Source of the DNA: Octopus sinensis
Lineage: Eukaryota
Direction of reading: 5' to 3'
Length of the DNA stretch: 64,000 nucleotides
Assembly (NCBI RefSeq): GCF_006345805.1
Contig: NC_043004.1
Coordinates: 98,084,001 to 98,148,000, forward strand
Below, in pieces: positions 25,178-38,480 of this stretch; position 1 is the first letter of the stretch; each line of letters starts with the position of its first letter. The position numbers and the translations under genes are program-made. The notes under the pieces were generated by a model that did no database searches, was not told where the DNA came from, and saw nothing but the letters and a program-made list of their open reading frames with translations.

Positions 25178-25600
25178 TGGCGAATTGACAGGAGTGTTTG
25201 TATGCCGGATACAAATCTTAGTCCCTATTTACCTTCTGAGTTCAAATTTCGGCTGAAGTCGTCTTTGCGTGTCAGGTTCAATGAAATAAGAATCAATTAA
25301 ATACTGGAGTCCATGCAATCGAAAATCTCCCTCTGGTAAAATTTCAGGCCAGGTGCTTGCAATAGAAGAATGAATGTTGTTATTAACACGACAAGCTGGC
25401 AGAATCGTTAGCAAGCCGGGCGAAATCCTTAGCTGCGTGTCTCAGTCTTCACGTTCGGAGTTCAAATTGGGCCGAAGTAGTCTTTGTATTTCATTGTTTC
25501 GGTGTAGATAAAATAAGTACCGGTTGAGTATCGGAGTCGAAGTAATCAACTATGCCCCTACACACCAAATTTCAGCCCTTGTGCCTCTAGCAGAAAGATC
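25178..25600 (+). mobile_element. Two decayed copies of SINE family B
   Basis: GCTGGCAGAATCGTTAGC...GAGTTCAAAT...ATAAAATAAGTACCGG...AAATTTCAG, homologous to 34220-34450. A further minus fragment lies at about 25990-26095. Confidence 0.65.
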
Positions 25601-26708
25601 ATCATTATCATCATCATAATTATTATTATTATCATTATATTATTATTGTTGTTGTTTTTGGTGTTGTTGTTGTTTTTATTATTACTAAAGAAGTTCCATT
25701 TAATCATTTTCCTTTCGGTTTTTAATTCTCTATTCAGTTTACTTTCATTTCACTCTCCCATTGTAAGTTAGACATAGACCCGAGTCTAAATGATTCACTC
25801 CTAGTTTAGTTACGCATGAGAAATTGTAAGCGTACGTGCGGCTTGTAAAACCACAAGAATTCTTAAGTAACCACAAACTATTAAATGCTTCTCGAGTGTC
25901 GAGAAGATACACGGAGAGTGTTTTGCTATTTTCATTTAGGTATCGATAAAATAATAACAAATTCACCGTAACGACAACAAGATAACATTTTGTGGCAGGG
26001 GTCAGTCGGTCATACCGACTCTAGGCTTGACTGGTACATTATTTTCTCGACCTTAAACTGATGAAAGGCAAAACTGGCCACAGCTGGATTTGAACAATAA
26101 ATGAAATTAGATTAGCAAGAAATAAATATTTTCTGTTCTCAGGTATTCAACTACTTTCGTTATAATCTTCATGCAGACTACACCAACACTGTCGTATATG
26201 AAAAGATACGCCGAAAGAAAGAGTTTGTAAGCCGTTCTCCATAATAAGGTTTGCTTATGTTAGAATTATTTTAGTATTTCTGTTAAATATTTTGTGTGTA
26301 TGAAAAATAATTTCACATGCCAAGAAATTCGATTCCTCTAGAAATGGAAATTATTATTTTAAATCAAATTCAAAACGGAGAAATTATTGAACAGAAACTG
26401 CTGAACTGTTTACTATTGTTTGAAAAAATAGCGAGAACAATTACAAGGAAGGTGTGGGAAAATTCGAAGCTAATGTAGACAATGGATCTTCGATAAAATT
26501 AAAGCACAGATAATGCATACGTAGTTATATTACAGAAAGAATACAGAAAGGTCTGAATAGAAAATAGAGCCCATTTATATATATATAGCAATATCTTTCT
26601 ATCTCTCTGTCTTTCTCTCTCTCTCTCTCCCCTTTCTCTGCACAAACGCACAGGCGCAAACACATACATATCTATATATGTGTGTGTAATTATTAATATA
26701 TGTCAATA

Positions 26709-27108
26709 TAGGCGCAGGAGTGGCTGTGTGGTAAGTAGCTTGCTAACCAACCACATGGTTCCGGGTTCAGTCCCACTGCGTGGCATCTTGGGCAAGTGTC
26801 TTCTGCTAGAGCCCCGGGTCGACCAATGCCTTGTGAGTGGATTTGGTAGACGGAAACTGAAAGAAGCCTGTCGTATATATGTGTATATATATACATATAT
26901 ATATGCGTATGTGTGTGTGTTTGTGTGTGTGTGTTTGTCCCCCTAGCATTGCTTGTCCCCGTCACTTAGCGGTTCGGCAAAAGAGACCGATAAAATAAGT
27001 ACTGGGCTTACAAAAGAATAAGTCCCGGGGTCGAGTTGCTCGACCAAAGGCGGTGCTCCAGCATGGCCGCAGTCAAATGACTGAAACAAGTAAAAGAGTA
27101 AAAGAGTA
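26709..27108 (+). mobile_element. SINE family A, full length (left member of an inverted pair)
   Basis: Head TAGGCGCAGGAGTGGCTGTGTGGTAAG, tail GTAAAAGAGTAAAAGAG. Confidence 0.9.
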
Positions 27109-27130
27109 TGTATGTAGTCACATATAAATA

Positions 27131-27547
27131 TACTCTTTCTCTTTACTCTTTTACTCGTTTCAGTCATTTGACTGCGGCCATGCTGGAGCACCGCCTTTAA
27201 TCGAGCAACTCGGCCCCGGGACTTATTCTTTTGTAAGCCCAGTACTTATTCTATCGGTCTCTTTTGCCGAACTGCTAAGTAACGGGGACATAAACGCACC
27301 AGCATCGGTTGTCAAGCAATGCTAGGGAGACAAACACAGACACACAAACACACACACATATATATATATATATACATATATACGACGCGCTTCTTTCAGT
27401 TTCCGTCTACCAAATCCACTCACAAGGCATTGGTCGGCCCGAGGCAATAGTAGAAGACACTTGCCCAAGGTGCCACGCAGTGAGACTGAACCCGGAATCA
27501 TGTGGTTGGTAAACAAGCTACTTATCATACAGCCACTCCTGCGCCTA
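27131..27547 (-). mobile_element. SINE family A, full length (right member of an inverted pair)
   Basis: Reverse complement of the preceding copy, about 22 bp away, tail to tail. Confidence 0.9.
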
Positions 27548-27549
27548 TA

Positions 27550-28418
27550 CAGAGTGTCCCAAAAGGCTCTATACCCTTTCTCTTTTTCTATTTCGTTTCA
27601 GGTATGATTCGGAGAGATGTGAAGCCATCAGACTTTGACATTCTAGAGGTTGCAGATTTTGTAAATGTATCGTCCCCTTGCCTATGGCTCGCCAATTGAC
27701 GTTAGAGCAGCGTTGCAAAATTGCCGCTTGGCAAGAAGTTCTTCAGTCCCCTACTGCTGTTGATGGTAAGTTTGAGAAGGTTCATGGCCGTCACACTCCT
27801 CCAATGAGTAGCACAAATTATGCTATCCATGGCATGTTTCTCGAAACAGATTATATTCGTGACAAACCACGCAGAGGAAGGCTTGCTACCAGCACCATCA
27901 ATGAACAGTGAACTCATGAAGCAAGCGTTCGCGAAAAGCCAATGCATGTACATCCGATGGACTGCACTGGAACTTAGCATTAACACAAGCTCGATTCAGC
28001 GGATGCTTCGGAGAGGGATAAAGCTCTACCCGTACCGGGACTTCAGGTTGTTCAAAGGTTTTAAGCGGAAGATTTTGATGCTCCTGTGCAAATGTGTGAA
28101 TCACTCCTCCATCATTATCAAAACGACTCTCAGTTCTTGGAAAACTTATGGTTCAGTGATGCGTTATTCCTTCATCCCTCTGGTCGGATAAACCGATACA
28201 ATTGTTGAATTTGGGGAAAATCAAAACGAGCAGAAATTCTCAAACATGAAAGAGACTCTCCGATTCTGGTGGCATGGTGTGCTACGGGTAAGGGATTGAT
28301 ATACTTACAATAACTGCAAACACTAAGGTGTCAGATTCTGATGGCCTCACGTCTCGTCGAATGATTCCTGAAACGAAATAGAAAAAAGAAAGTGTATAGT
28401 GACTTTTGGGATACCTTG
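27550..28418 (+). mobile_element. Tc1/mariner element with ~130-bp TIRs, internally deleted (DD41D rosa/VS-like motifs)
   Basis: TA TSD at 27548-49 and 28419-20. TIRs 27550-27682 and 28286-28418 align throughout. ORF from ATG 27684 reads MARQLTLEQRCKIAAW...DKPRRGR, later WFSDALFLHPSGRINRYNC*IWG. The rest of the catalytic domain is missing. Subgroup is motif-based. Confidence 0.85.
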
Positions 28419-28745
28419 TATATATTTATTTATATATAGCTTTATATGTATATTAATGTATACGTATATGTGTATAAATAGATAGACAGATAGATAGGCA
28501 GGTAGATAAAGATAAGTATATCAATATATGTGTCTGCGCTTCCCCACGATTTCTCTATTTATTACGCGCGATTCCATTATAATAACTGTTGTATTTTCTT
28601 TTTATTAATAATGTTAAAACCATGTTTTCTTCGTAGTACACGATTTCGATATGTACGAAGATAAACTGAACAGATCGACCGTGAAAATCAAGGGACATCT
28701 GTATATACACACATGCCTACATACCTACATACCTACATACCTACA

Positions 28746-29226
28746 TACAAGTTCATGTTTATACCAGTAATTACAGGGGCACTGAGATATGTAACACGTT
28801 GCCTAAATGCCAATCCTGAGAAATTAGGCTTTCCAGAACCAGAAAGGCGGAAGCTGGCTCGAAAACTACAAATCTAATCCATTACTTGGAGTAAGAAAAA
28901 TCTGTAAAACTTTCCAGACGTTTATTATTTAAGTGTATATCAACATATCTAAATATGCAACTATACGCATAGTATACATACATACAAAAATACCCTCTTA
29001 TACTCTTATACTTGTTTCAGTCATTTGACTGCGGCCATGCTGGAGCACCGCCTTTAGTCGAGCAAATTGACCCCGGGACTTATTCTTTGTAAGCCCAGTA
29101 CTTATTCTATCGGTCTTCTTTTGCCGAACCGCTAAGTGACGGGGACGTAAACACACCAGCATCGGTTGTCAAGCAATGCTAGGGGGAAAACACAGACACA
29201 CAAACACGTATACACACACACACACA

Positions 29227-29288
<62 letters not shown>

Positions 29289-29554
29289 GACGGGCTTCTT
29301 TCAGTTTCCGTCTACCAAATCCACTCACAAGGCATTGGTCGGCCCGAGGCTATAGCAGAAGAAGACACTTGCCCAAGATGCCACGCAGTGGGACTGAACC
29401 CGGAACCATGTGGTTGGTAAGCAAGCTACTTACCACACAGCCACTCCTGCGTCTGTTGATGATGTTGAGATTCCAATGAAGGATCCTTGGATCCAGGTTA
29501 GGAACTGGCTCTTTCTCTATTGCCAAGAAATCTTGAAATAAAACTGAACAATGA
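28746..29554 (+). mobile_element. 5'-truncated RLE-type non-LTR retrotransposon, (CATA)n-associated family, split by a SINE
   Basis: 28746-28995 matches about 61790-62076 (YKFMFIPVIxGAL... C-terminus and 3' UTR). 29452-29554 matches the last ~100 bp of the 3' UTR at about 62075-62184. Preceded by (CCTACATA)n and followed by (CATA)n at 29555-29706. Confidence 0.85.
28996..29451 (-). mobile_element. SINE family A inserted in the 3' UTR of the RLE element
   Basis: The uninterrupted copy reads AAAAATACCC|TGTTG at about 62065-62080; here the SINE lies at that point. Confidence 0.9.
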
Positions 29555-30566
29555 CATACATACATACATACATACATATATACTTACATACATACATACA
29601 TATACATACATACATACATACATACATACATGAATACATACATACATACATACATACATATACATACATACATACATACATACATACATACATACATACA
29701 TACATAGGCTCTGCCAAGGCTTGTACTAAAGGAATATTGTGAAAACATGTACGAAATTGACAGGCATGTTTCCAGCATTGTATTATTGCTGTGCATATTT
29801 GAGCAAAGCTTGTCAATTGCTCATAGCTATAACTATAATTATAAAAACATGCTTAAATATATATTAATATAGACGTATGGATGTATAAATGAATAGGGAG
29901 ATAGATAAATTATGAGTGAAAGGATAATTAGGTAATAATTGACCTTACACTCATATACTGACAGTTATATTTTCATTCTAACACTATATAGCTTAATACC
30001 TCCTGATCCTGCTATCAATAAAGCTCTATGTATATTTCAATATGTAATCCTATCTCACTGTCTTTATCTTTCTCTTTCACTCACATTATCTTTGCATAAT
30101 TCATTCCATATGCAAGTAAACGCCATCATGATTGATGGGTACTACACTAGCGTTTATATATTTATTCAAACTCTTTGTCGCTGTAAAGTGTTTAATGTTA
30201 TAACGGTTACTAAAAGCAGAAGAAAGGAGATATATGTCTAGTGATAGAGGGGAAACCTCAGTTTCATATAAATATAACTTCTGTGTTATGTATTGAGCAT
30301 TTCTATGCTTTTGTTAGCAAGTTCACAATCACCTTTCACCCACCCTACACATATTACTGCAAAGTTAGCGGAAACACCGAAGTCACAATCAATATTTGTT
30401 GCTTGAAAAACTTTTTAAAAATGTACTCTACTAAAAATATGGAGTGATCTTTTAAATCTAATCTTAAATTGTTTTTATATAAAAATTCGTACGCAAGCAA
30501 ACATTGATATATATATATATATATATGTGTGTGTACACACATGATGAAAGAATGAGAGAGAGAAAA

Positions 30567-30617
<51 letters not shown>

Positions 30618-30779
30618 AATATTGAACCTAATATGACACTGCTACATTATTAATTCTGAACTGTAAAGTATTGAATCCTGAAGACAAAAACAAAATAAAA
30701 GTCATTCAGGTTAAGTTCTATATAAGCTAGTCACTTTACTTATATATTATGCAGATGCAGATATGTAAAATTATATATA

Positions 30780-31678
30780 TAAGATGTAGAAGTTCTTAAA
30801 TTTGTTTCAGGAGAAATATTTACTACTTTAAAAGAACTAAAATCTTTAAAACAACTAAAAACTCTGTTCTCTTTCAAAGTAGCTACATCTAACGTCATTG
30901 CACTTATAGCGTTCCGATTACTTCGTGAAGGCCCCATGGAAATCATTCAAAACGAAGGTGTCCACATCCTTTATCATAAGCTCCTTCATCTCCGAAACGA
31001 CTGCCATTGAAGTTCACCTTCAGGTTGAGGAACAACCAAATGTCTCAGGAAGCATGGTCTGGACTGTAGGTGCGGGGTTGAGGGATAGTTTTGATGCCCT
31101 CCTCTGCCAGGTAGTTGGTTGACAGTACACTCGTCACTGAGAACCCTAGGAGCGAACTTTGCACAAATTTTACGCATGTTCATATCTTAATGAATGATTC
31201 TGTGTATAGTTGTTACTTCAACTCCAAACTGTATCGTTATTCTCATTATAGACACATATTGGTCTACATTTAGAAAACAACGAATTTATTTACTAAATCT
31301 GATGTCCCTCCCTCCCATATTTGTCAACGTCTCTCAGCTAATGTCTACTGCGAAAAGGTTAATCCATAAGTTGTCTGGAGCTTTACATATGTTTCTGTAT
31401 CACTGTTGCCTAGTTTATCACAAAACTTTATTGCTTAGGGAGCTCCTAAGAGTCCCGACTGCATTCTGTGAACTAGTCATCGGGCAAGTCGTCTTTAAAA
31501 GAATGTGTTCAAAGTGCTGTTACAGTCGTCTCATTGAATCTGGAATAACAAAAGTTGATTGGGGAGATTAGTCGATATATTAAAATATTAATATATTAGT
31601 GATATATTAAAATAACAATTATCTGAGATAGTTATAACCTCTCCTAATAAAGTCTTAAAACTTATGGAATGCACCTCA
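30780..31678 (-). mobile_element. Decayed, internally deleted mariner element
   Basis: 5' TIR (minus) TA|TGAGGTGCATTCCATAAGTTTTAAGAC at about 31650-31680. Translation gives MQSGLL..AIKFCDKLG..TETYVKLQ, NMRKICAKFAPRVL, and C-terminal EMKE..DFHGAFTK*SERY..CSYFE. The left TIR is very degenerate. Confidence 0.75.
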
Positions 31679-32372
31679 TACATCATATATGTGTATTTCA
31701 AACTTACTATTGTTAAAAAAAAACAACCAGAGATATTACATTACAGCAACTTATCCAAAGCTAAGAACTATGTATCTCCATAAAATTTTAGACGACATTC
31801 ACGTACATTCATGAAATTTTAAGTTCATGTATATTGAAGAAAATACACAAAACCTTAATTTGAAATGGCTTGTATTAAAGGTTATATAAAAACTAAAGAA
31901 TGCTCGCGATGCAAAGAATAAAAGGAACTACATTAGTTACAAAGGTAAGAGAGACATGTTTTCGATCGTTCTCAATAACATTTTGATTTCAACCTCTCAG
32001 TAAATCTCAAACTAAGTCTATTACTATCTGTTCTTCTCTGTCTCCTTTCTTTTACTCTACTAAAGGACTATGGGGCAATCATCGTTTTATTCTGTACCTT
32101 CCCTATCTCAGCTAATTCTGTAAAGTCGATAATTTAATTAAACTGTAAATGTTTAATGTTCGAGCCTGGATTTCTACCAAATCAAAATAGCAGCAATTTA
32201 CGAATGTACAATTAAAGGAAAAATTAACTGAAAAAAAAAAATTTTAAGCCAATAAATGCATGAAGATAATATACTTTCTTTTTTGTTGTTCAATAACGAA
32301 AACTTAAAAGTGTAAAATCTATGGATTCTTGGCAAGACAATTCTCTGTCTCTCAACCATTCAGAAGAATAGC

Positions 32373-32438
<66 letters not shown>

Positions 32439-33455
32439 CATACATACATACACAGATACATACACTCACTCAGACACACACACACACATTTATAAATATA
32501 GTTACCTTCTAAACATACGTTTGGTGTAGAATAAATTTTGCTGGCTGCACGCCATAAATCATGCAATGACCCATTTGTTCTTCTTTCATCATTTTCCACT
32601 CAATCACAAGCCTTCTGATGACAGATATTAGCTACATACAATGATGTTCTTAACCTAGCAATGAGCAGAAAAGTTTTGCATCTTGGTGCTAGTTCGATAA
32701 TAGCTGAAAATTGTTTCTGTCTTCTTTTTAAATCAAACATGACATGTGGACTAAAATCTTTAGTATAAAAAATGAACTGTTTAAAAATGTACATAACTTT
32801 GGTTACTAAGATATTTTGCTTGTATTTACTTTCTTTCCTTCTTAAAACAAATTTAGTAGAGGAGGCGACTGGTGAGTTTCATGATATTGATTCTTGCCCT
32901 GGATGCATCTGAATGAAAGTCATAAGTAGTTTTATGGATTATGGAGCTTAAATTTCTAATATGTGTAAGATATTCTATTGTTTTCTCGTCTGAGCAAATT
33001 CATAAGACAATTAATGTAGCCTTGTTTTTCAATCATTTTGTGTTGGGTGTGCTCATTTTGAAGTCCATGGCTTGCGGATATGTAACCCCTATTTGAAGAT
33101 GAAATGGTGTTCATTCTTTAAGGAATATTTGAAGAAATCACATTAAATAAGCCTCTTGACGAAGTACTTAAATTGTGCTTAAGTTAACATGTCAGTACTT
33201 ATACATAAAGTATAACATTTCGTTCAGGTTTCGCTTCAACTGAGCAGAAATACGTTGAAAGGCTTTCAATTCATAGGGAACTGCATAAAATTATTGAACT
33301 GTTTAAAATTAATTTTACTGTGTATTGTAATAAACAAACTTCAGTTAGTCTCGCGTGAAAAATAAATAAAATGGCTACATCACAAGTGTTATCGCTTTGT
33401 GAGCAGAAGAAAAATAGCATCATACTGGCAAGTTTGTAGTGTTAGATCTCTTTTT

Positions 33456-33695
33456 GAGAAAACATACACACATTATGTCAATGGGGAAATTAATAGATAA
33501 CAGATGATATGTAGAATATAGACAGACAAGGGCTCATCTGGGTAAGTTTGCAGAAGACTAGGAACCAATCAGATTTAGAGAAAATATACACAAATTGCGT
33601 CAATGGGGAAATTAATAGATAACTGATAAGTCGAGTTTAGAGAGACTAGGGCTTATCGAGGTGAGTTTGCAGAAGCCTAGCAACCAATCAGATTA
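33456..33695. repeat. Diverged tandem duplication, 2 x 122 bp
   Basis: GTCAATGGGGAAATTAATAGATAAC and GTTTGCAGAAG-CTAG-AACCAATCAGATT occur twice, 122 bp apart. Confidence 0.85.
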
Positions 33696-34219
33696 ATCTC
33701 AAATTTTCTGCTCTGGAGAGAGACCACTTTATTTACTAAACTTTGTCGAAAGCTACACTTTGTATCACATTATATGTCAAAGTTGTATTTCTGAAACAAC
33801 TTATCGTCTAATGTTTACTTAGTATTTAAAGACAGTAAGATGTATATTCACAGTGATTTAACTGTTATTGTTGGCAGTTTCCTGTATCTGCTTATAAGTT
33901 CTCTAGTTAGTTTGTTACATATAATGCGTTTCTGCATGCAACAACTCCATCACTGTCAATACTTGTGCAAATTCATGAAACAAATCGAGATGTAAAACAG
34001 GGCATTACCTACCCAATGGACAAGCTTTCAGAAAAGGCTCGAGGCCATCTTAAATCACCGGAGTAGCCCACCTGTTGTCACACAGGTCTGATATATTCAC
34101 CCCTTTGCTTAAAAGGCTGTACATTGCTCCGCGGCTTGATCTTGTTGTTCATGATGCTATGATATAATGAGTGTTCCTATTGGCATTGGCAGTGTTGTTA
34201 TTATCAATGCCCAAATTTT

Positions 34220-34620
34220 AAGGTGGAGAGCTGGTAGAATCGTTAGCATGCCGGGCGAAATGCTAAGCGGTATTTTGTCTGCCGTTACGTTCTGAGTTCA
34301 ACTTCCACCGAGGTCGACTTTGCCTTTCATCCTTTCGGGGTCGATTAAATAAGTACCAGTTACGCACTGGGGTCGATATAATCGACTTAATCCGTTTGTC
34401 TGTCCTTGTTTGTTCTCTCTGTGTTTAGCCCATAGTGGGTAGTAAAGAAATAGGTATTTCGTCTGCCACTACGTTCTGAGTTCAAATTCCGCTGAGGTCG
34501 AATTTACCCTACATCATTTAAGGGTCAATGAATCAAATACCAGTGAAAGACTGGGGTCAATGTAATCGACTAGTCCCCTCCCCAAAATTTCAGGCCTGTG
34601 CCTTTAGTAGAAAGGATTAT
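34220..34620 (+). mobile_element. SINE family B (Nin/Deu-domain-like), one full copy plus an adjacent 5'-truncated variant
   Basis: Head GAGCTGGTAGAATCGTTAGC...GAGTTCAA, then GCCTTTCATCCTTTCGGGGTCGATTAAATAAGTACCAG, which resembles the Nin/Deu domain from memory. The second unit 34453-34620 has a different 3' end. Confidence 0.8.
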
Positions 34621-35803
34621 CAATGCTTAAACTATTTATCGTTGTCGTTGCTTTATTTTTTTGGTAAAAACGATTACTGTACTTTCTTATTGCGGATGAT
34701 GTATTTTGCTTTCATTGTTACAGGTGATTTTTCATTGAGGATATTGTTGGTTCTTTATTTGTTGCCATTGTTGGTGTTGATGTCGCTATTACTGAACCTG
34801 TTGCAGTGATTGGGGTTTCTATTGTCACTAAGTATTATTGGTGTTGTAGATCTTAAACCTATCCTTCGCTGTTATTATTAGTGATTTTTATTGTTGTAAC
34901 ATTTTTTGTTATTGACCATGCTATCTATGTTACTATTGTTGCTAATTTTACAATAGTTATTACCGTAGACTCACAGCTGCTACTGTTACCTTTTTTGTTA
35001 TACTGATTGTTGTTAGGATTATTATTAGGATTATTCTTGTTGTTAATACTTTAATTTCTGTTGTTCTGGATGTTTTGTTCTTCTTTAACTAAGATTATTA
35101 TTGCTTTCGTTGTTGTTGCTGTTGATGTTCTTGTAGCACAGCTGGGTTTCTTGTACTTGATGGCAGTTTCAGTATTGTTATTTTTTTTTTTTTTTTCCTT
35201 TTGTTTTTTGTTTATAATTTCAAGATGTTGCTTCTTGCTCTGCTCCACCCTGCATTCAAAAAGAAACGGAAAAAGGAGGAGATAAATTCAAACATAAGAG
35301 GCAGGGCACAAAAATATTTATTGACTGACATTCCAGTGCTTATATTTAAAAGCAAGAATGCAAAAGTAAAAATTTAAAAAACCACAAAAAAAGTAACCAA
35401 AAGGGGAAAATGTGAAGCCCAACCCCCTTGCAAAAATCAAAAGGTGGAAAAAAAACAAACTTCAAAAAATAAATGAATAAATAAAAAGAAAAATATATAA
35501 ATGAATAGCATCCTAGCTGTCATGATGTGATGGGAGGGGACTAGAATAAAACAGAATATTTGCCATCACCCATAACATCACAAAAACCTCAACTATCATT
35601 TTGTCCCTACTCAAAAACGTGGAACATATGTATATATACTGACAGACTTACAACTATATATATGTGCATATCTGTGTAGTTGTGAACATTTTATACACAC
35701 ACACATATACGCATATATGTGTGTACACGTATATAAAAATTATATATACACACTATATATATTTTTTGCATATATTCATATATTCATTATGTATATGTAT
35801 GTG

Positions 35804-35856
<53 letters not shown>

Positions 35857-35891
35857 TTCTATATGTGTATATATATATATACATATACAAG

Positions 35892-35936
<45 letters not shown>

Positions 35937-35966
35937 TTGTATATATATATATTATATATATATACT

Positions 35967-36019
<53 letters not shown>

Positions 36020-36392
36020 CATGAGTATGTGTGTTTATGCTGATACTGCATGATGTTGAAAATTACAGCCATAAATAATGTTACAAAACATATTAGATTC
36101 CTTCTCACAGCAAGTTAACCTCCGAACTAGAAGAGTGTTCACCAATTTCTTTGGCTCTTCTTATTTCTTGATTTGCTTTTGTCTGTTTTGAAATGTTCGT
36201 TTTATTTTTACATAATATTACAGTCATCATCATTAATATTATTGCTGCTATTTTGTTGCTGTAGTTGTTGTTGTTTTCAAGATTGCTTATATAAACCATA
36301 AAATATGAGCTAAGATTAGAAAAAGAATAAATATTACAAGTCAGAAAAAAAAATCAGTATCCATGCTTGTATCCATCTTCCCATTTATTCAC

Positions 36393-36492
<100 letters not shown>

Positions 36493-36496
36493 TTAT

Positions 36497-36534
<38 letters not shown>

Positions 36535-36535
<1 letters not shown>

Positions 36536-36633
36536 CTTAAGTACCTATCTATTTTTCTATGAATCCCTCCATCTATCCTTTTGTCCATCCATCCATGAGT
36601 CCACATATCTATCTGTCTGTTTATCTATCTTTT

Positions 36634-36709
<76 letters not shown>

Positions 36710-36726
36710 CTATCTATCTATCTATC

Positions 36727-36789
<63 letters not shown>

Positions 36790-36885
36790 CTTAAGTACCT
36801 ATCTATTTTTCTATGAATCCATCCATCTATCCTTTTGTCCATCCATCCATGAGTCCACATATCTATCTGTCTGTTTATCTATCTT

Positions 36886-36895
<10 letters not shown>
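36535..36895. repeat. Duplicated ~105-bp unique block inside the (TATC)n array, period 254 bp
   Basis: ACTTAAGTACCTATCTATTTTTCTATGAATCC...GAGTCCACATATC at 36535 and 36789. Confidence 0.85.
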
Positions 36896-36976
<81 letters not shown>

Positions 36977-37042
36977 CCTATTTATCTATCTATCCATCCA
37001 GCCTGCTAGCCATCCATCCACCATCGCATCCATCCATTCATG

Positions 37043-37119
<77 letters not shown>

Positions 37120-38105
37120 GTTATTTATCTAGCCAGCCAGCCTGACAGCCATCCAACCATCAGTCTGTCTAATTTTCTCTCTTTCTTTCTATCTTTGTCT
37201 CTTTCTGTCTTTCTTTATGTCTTTCTATCCATCTATCTTTCTATCTATCTATCTTTTTTATATGTCTGCCTGTCTCTCTATGAATCTGTATGTCTGCCTT
37301 TCTGTCTCTGCCTATCCATTTAAAAAATTCTTTATCAATTTATCTTTTCAAGCATGCTTCTTTTTGTCGGTCTATTTTCATTTATAAATCTTTCTCTCTC
37401 ACTACTTATTTAGTTTTACATCTATCTCATTGTTCCTGTACTTATCTCTCTATCTACTCGTTTGTTGTATTTAAGAGTAGTTGCATGAGCGCTTGCATGC
37501 ATACATGTGCGTATAAACGCATACATGTGCGTATGAACGCATACATGTGAGCATGCATTTTCCATGTGTGTACGCATGCATTTATGAAGGATAGCAGAGA
37601 TTGAACTTATACACATGTGAAAAGAGGTGCAGAGAATGAATGAAGTATGGGGGAAAAAAAATTAGGAATGAAAGAAAAAAAAACTGTTGGAGGATTTTCA
37701 AGAACAAAACTACCAAGAACATAATCCAATAAATATCAAAACAATAACAACAACAATAAAGTGTATAAATAGCTACTCCCTTTTTCTCTCCCTTTATAAT
37801 ATAAAATATAGTGCCTTTTGAATGAAGTGACGCATGGCAAAACGTACGGACATTTTCTCAAGTTCTATGCTGTAATTATCTTAATGCTGACGTCTTTCCT
37901 TTATTTCTAACTACATACTTAGTATTACTTCTTGCCTATTCAATGTTTTCAACAGTAAACACTGTTTATGATATATGTGTGTGTATGTGTGTGTGTTAGT
38001 GTGTTTGTGTGTTGAAATGATGACGTGAGTATATATACAAATATAAGATGCATACTTGACATAAAGCCGAGTTATTGAAGAGAATGTATCTGCCAGTATG
38101 CTCAT

Positions 38106-38192
38106 GATTACATATATACATACATACATGCATACATACATACATACATACATACATACATACATACATACATACATACATACATACATACA

Positions 38193-38228
<36 letters not shown>
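38106..38228. repeat. (CATA)n microsatellite
   Basis: Directly visible; no RLE 3' end precedes this tract. Confidence 0.95.
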
Positions 38229-38480
38229 TGCATGTTTATGTTCATATATTTACGTATATATGTGTGTCATATTTTTATGTTCTATGAAATCTTCCTACAT
38301 GAAAGAAATAGCTCCCGGCAAAAAAAAATGCGTAACTATATAAATCTCCAGTGCTGCAATGTATATAACAAATGAAGAGTCACATGACAGACTTTATTAA
38401 AGTCACGTATGTATTTACTATTTGTTTACAGATTGAATAAAAAAAAGTCTCTCTGAGCTGCTTGCTGAAAACTACAAGTA

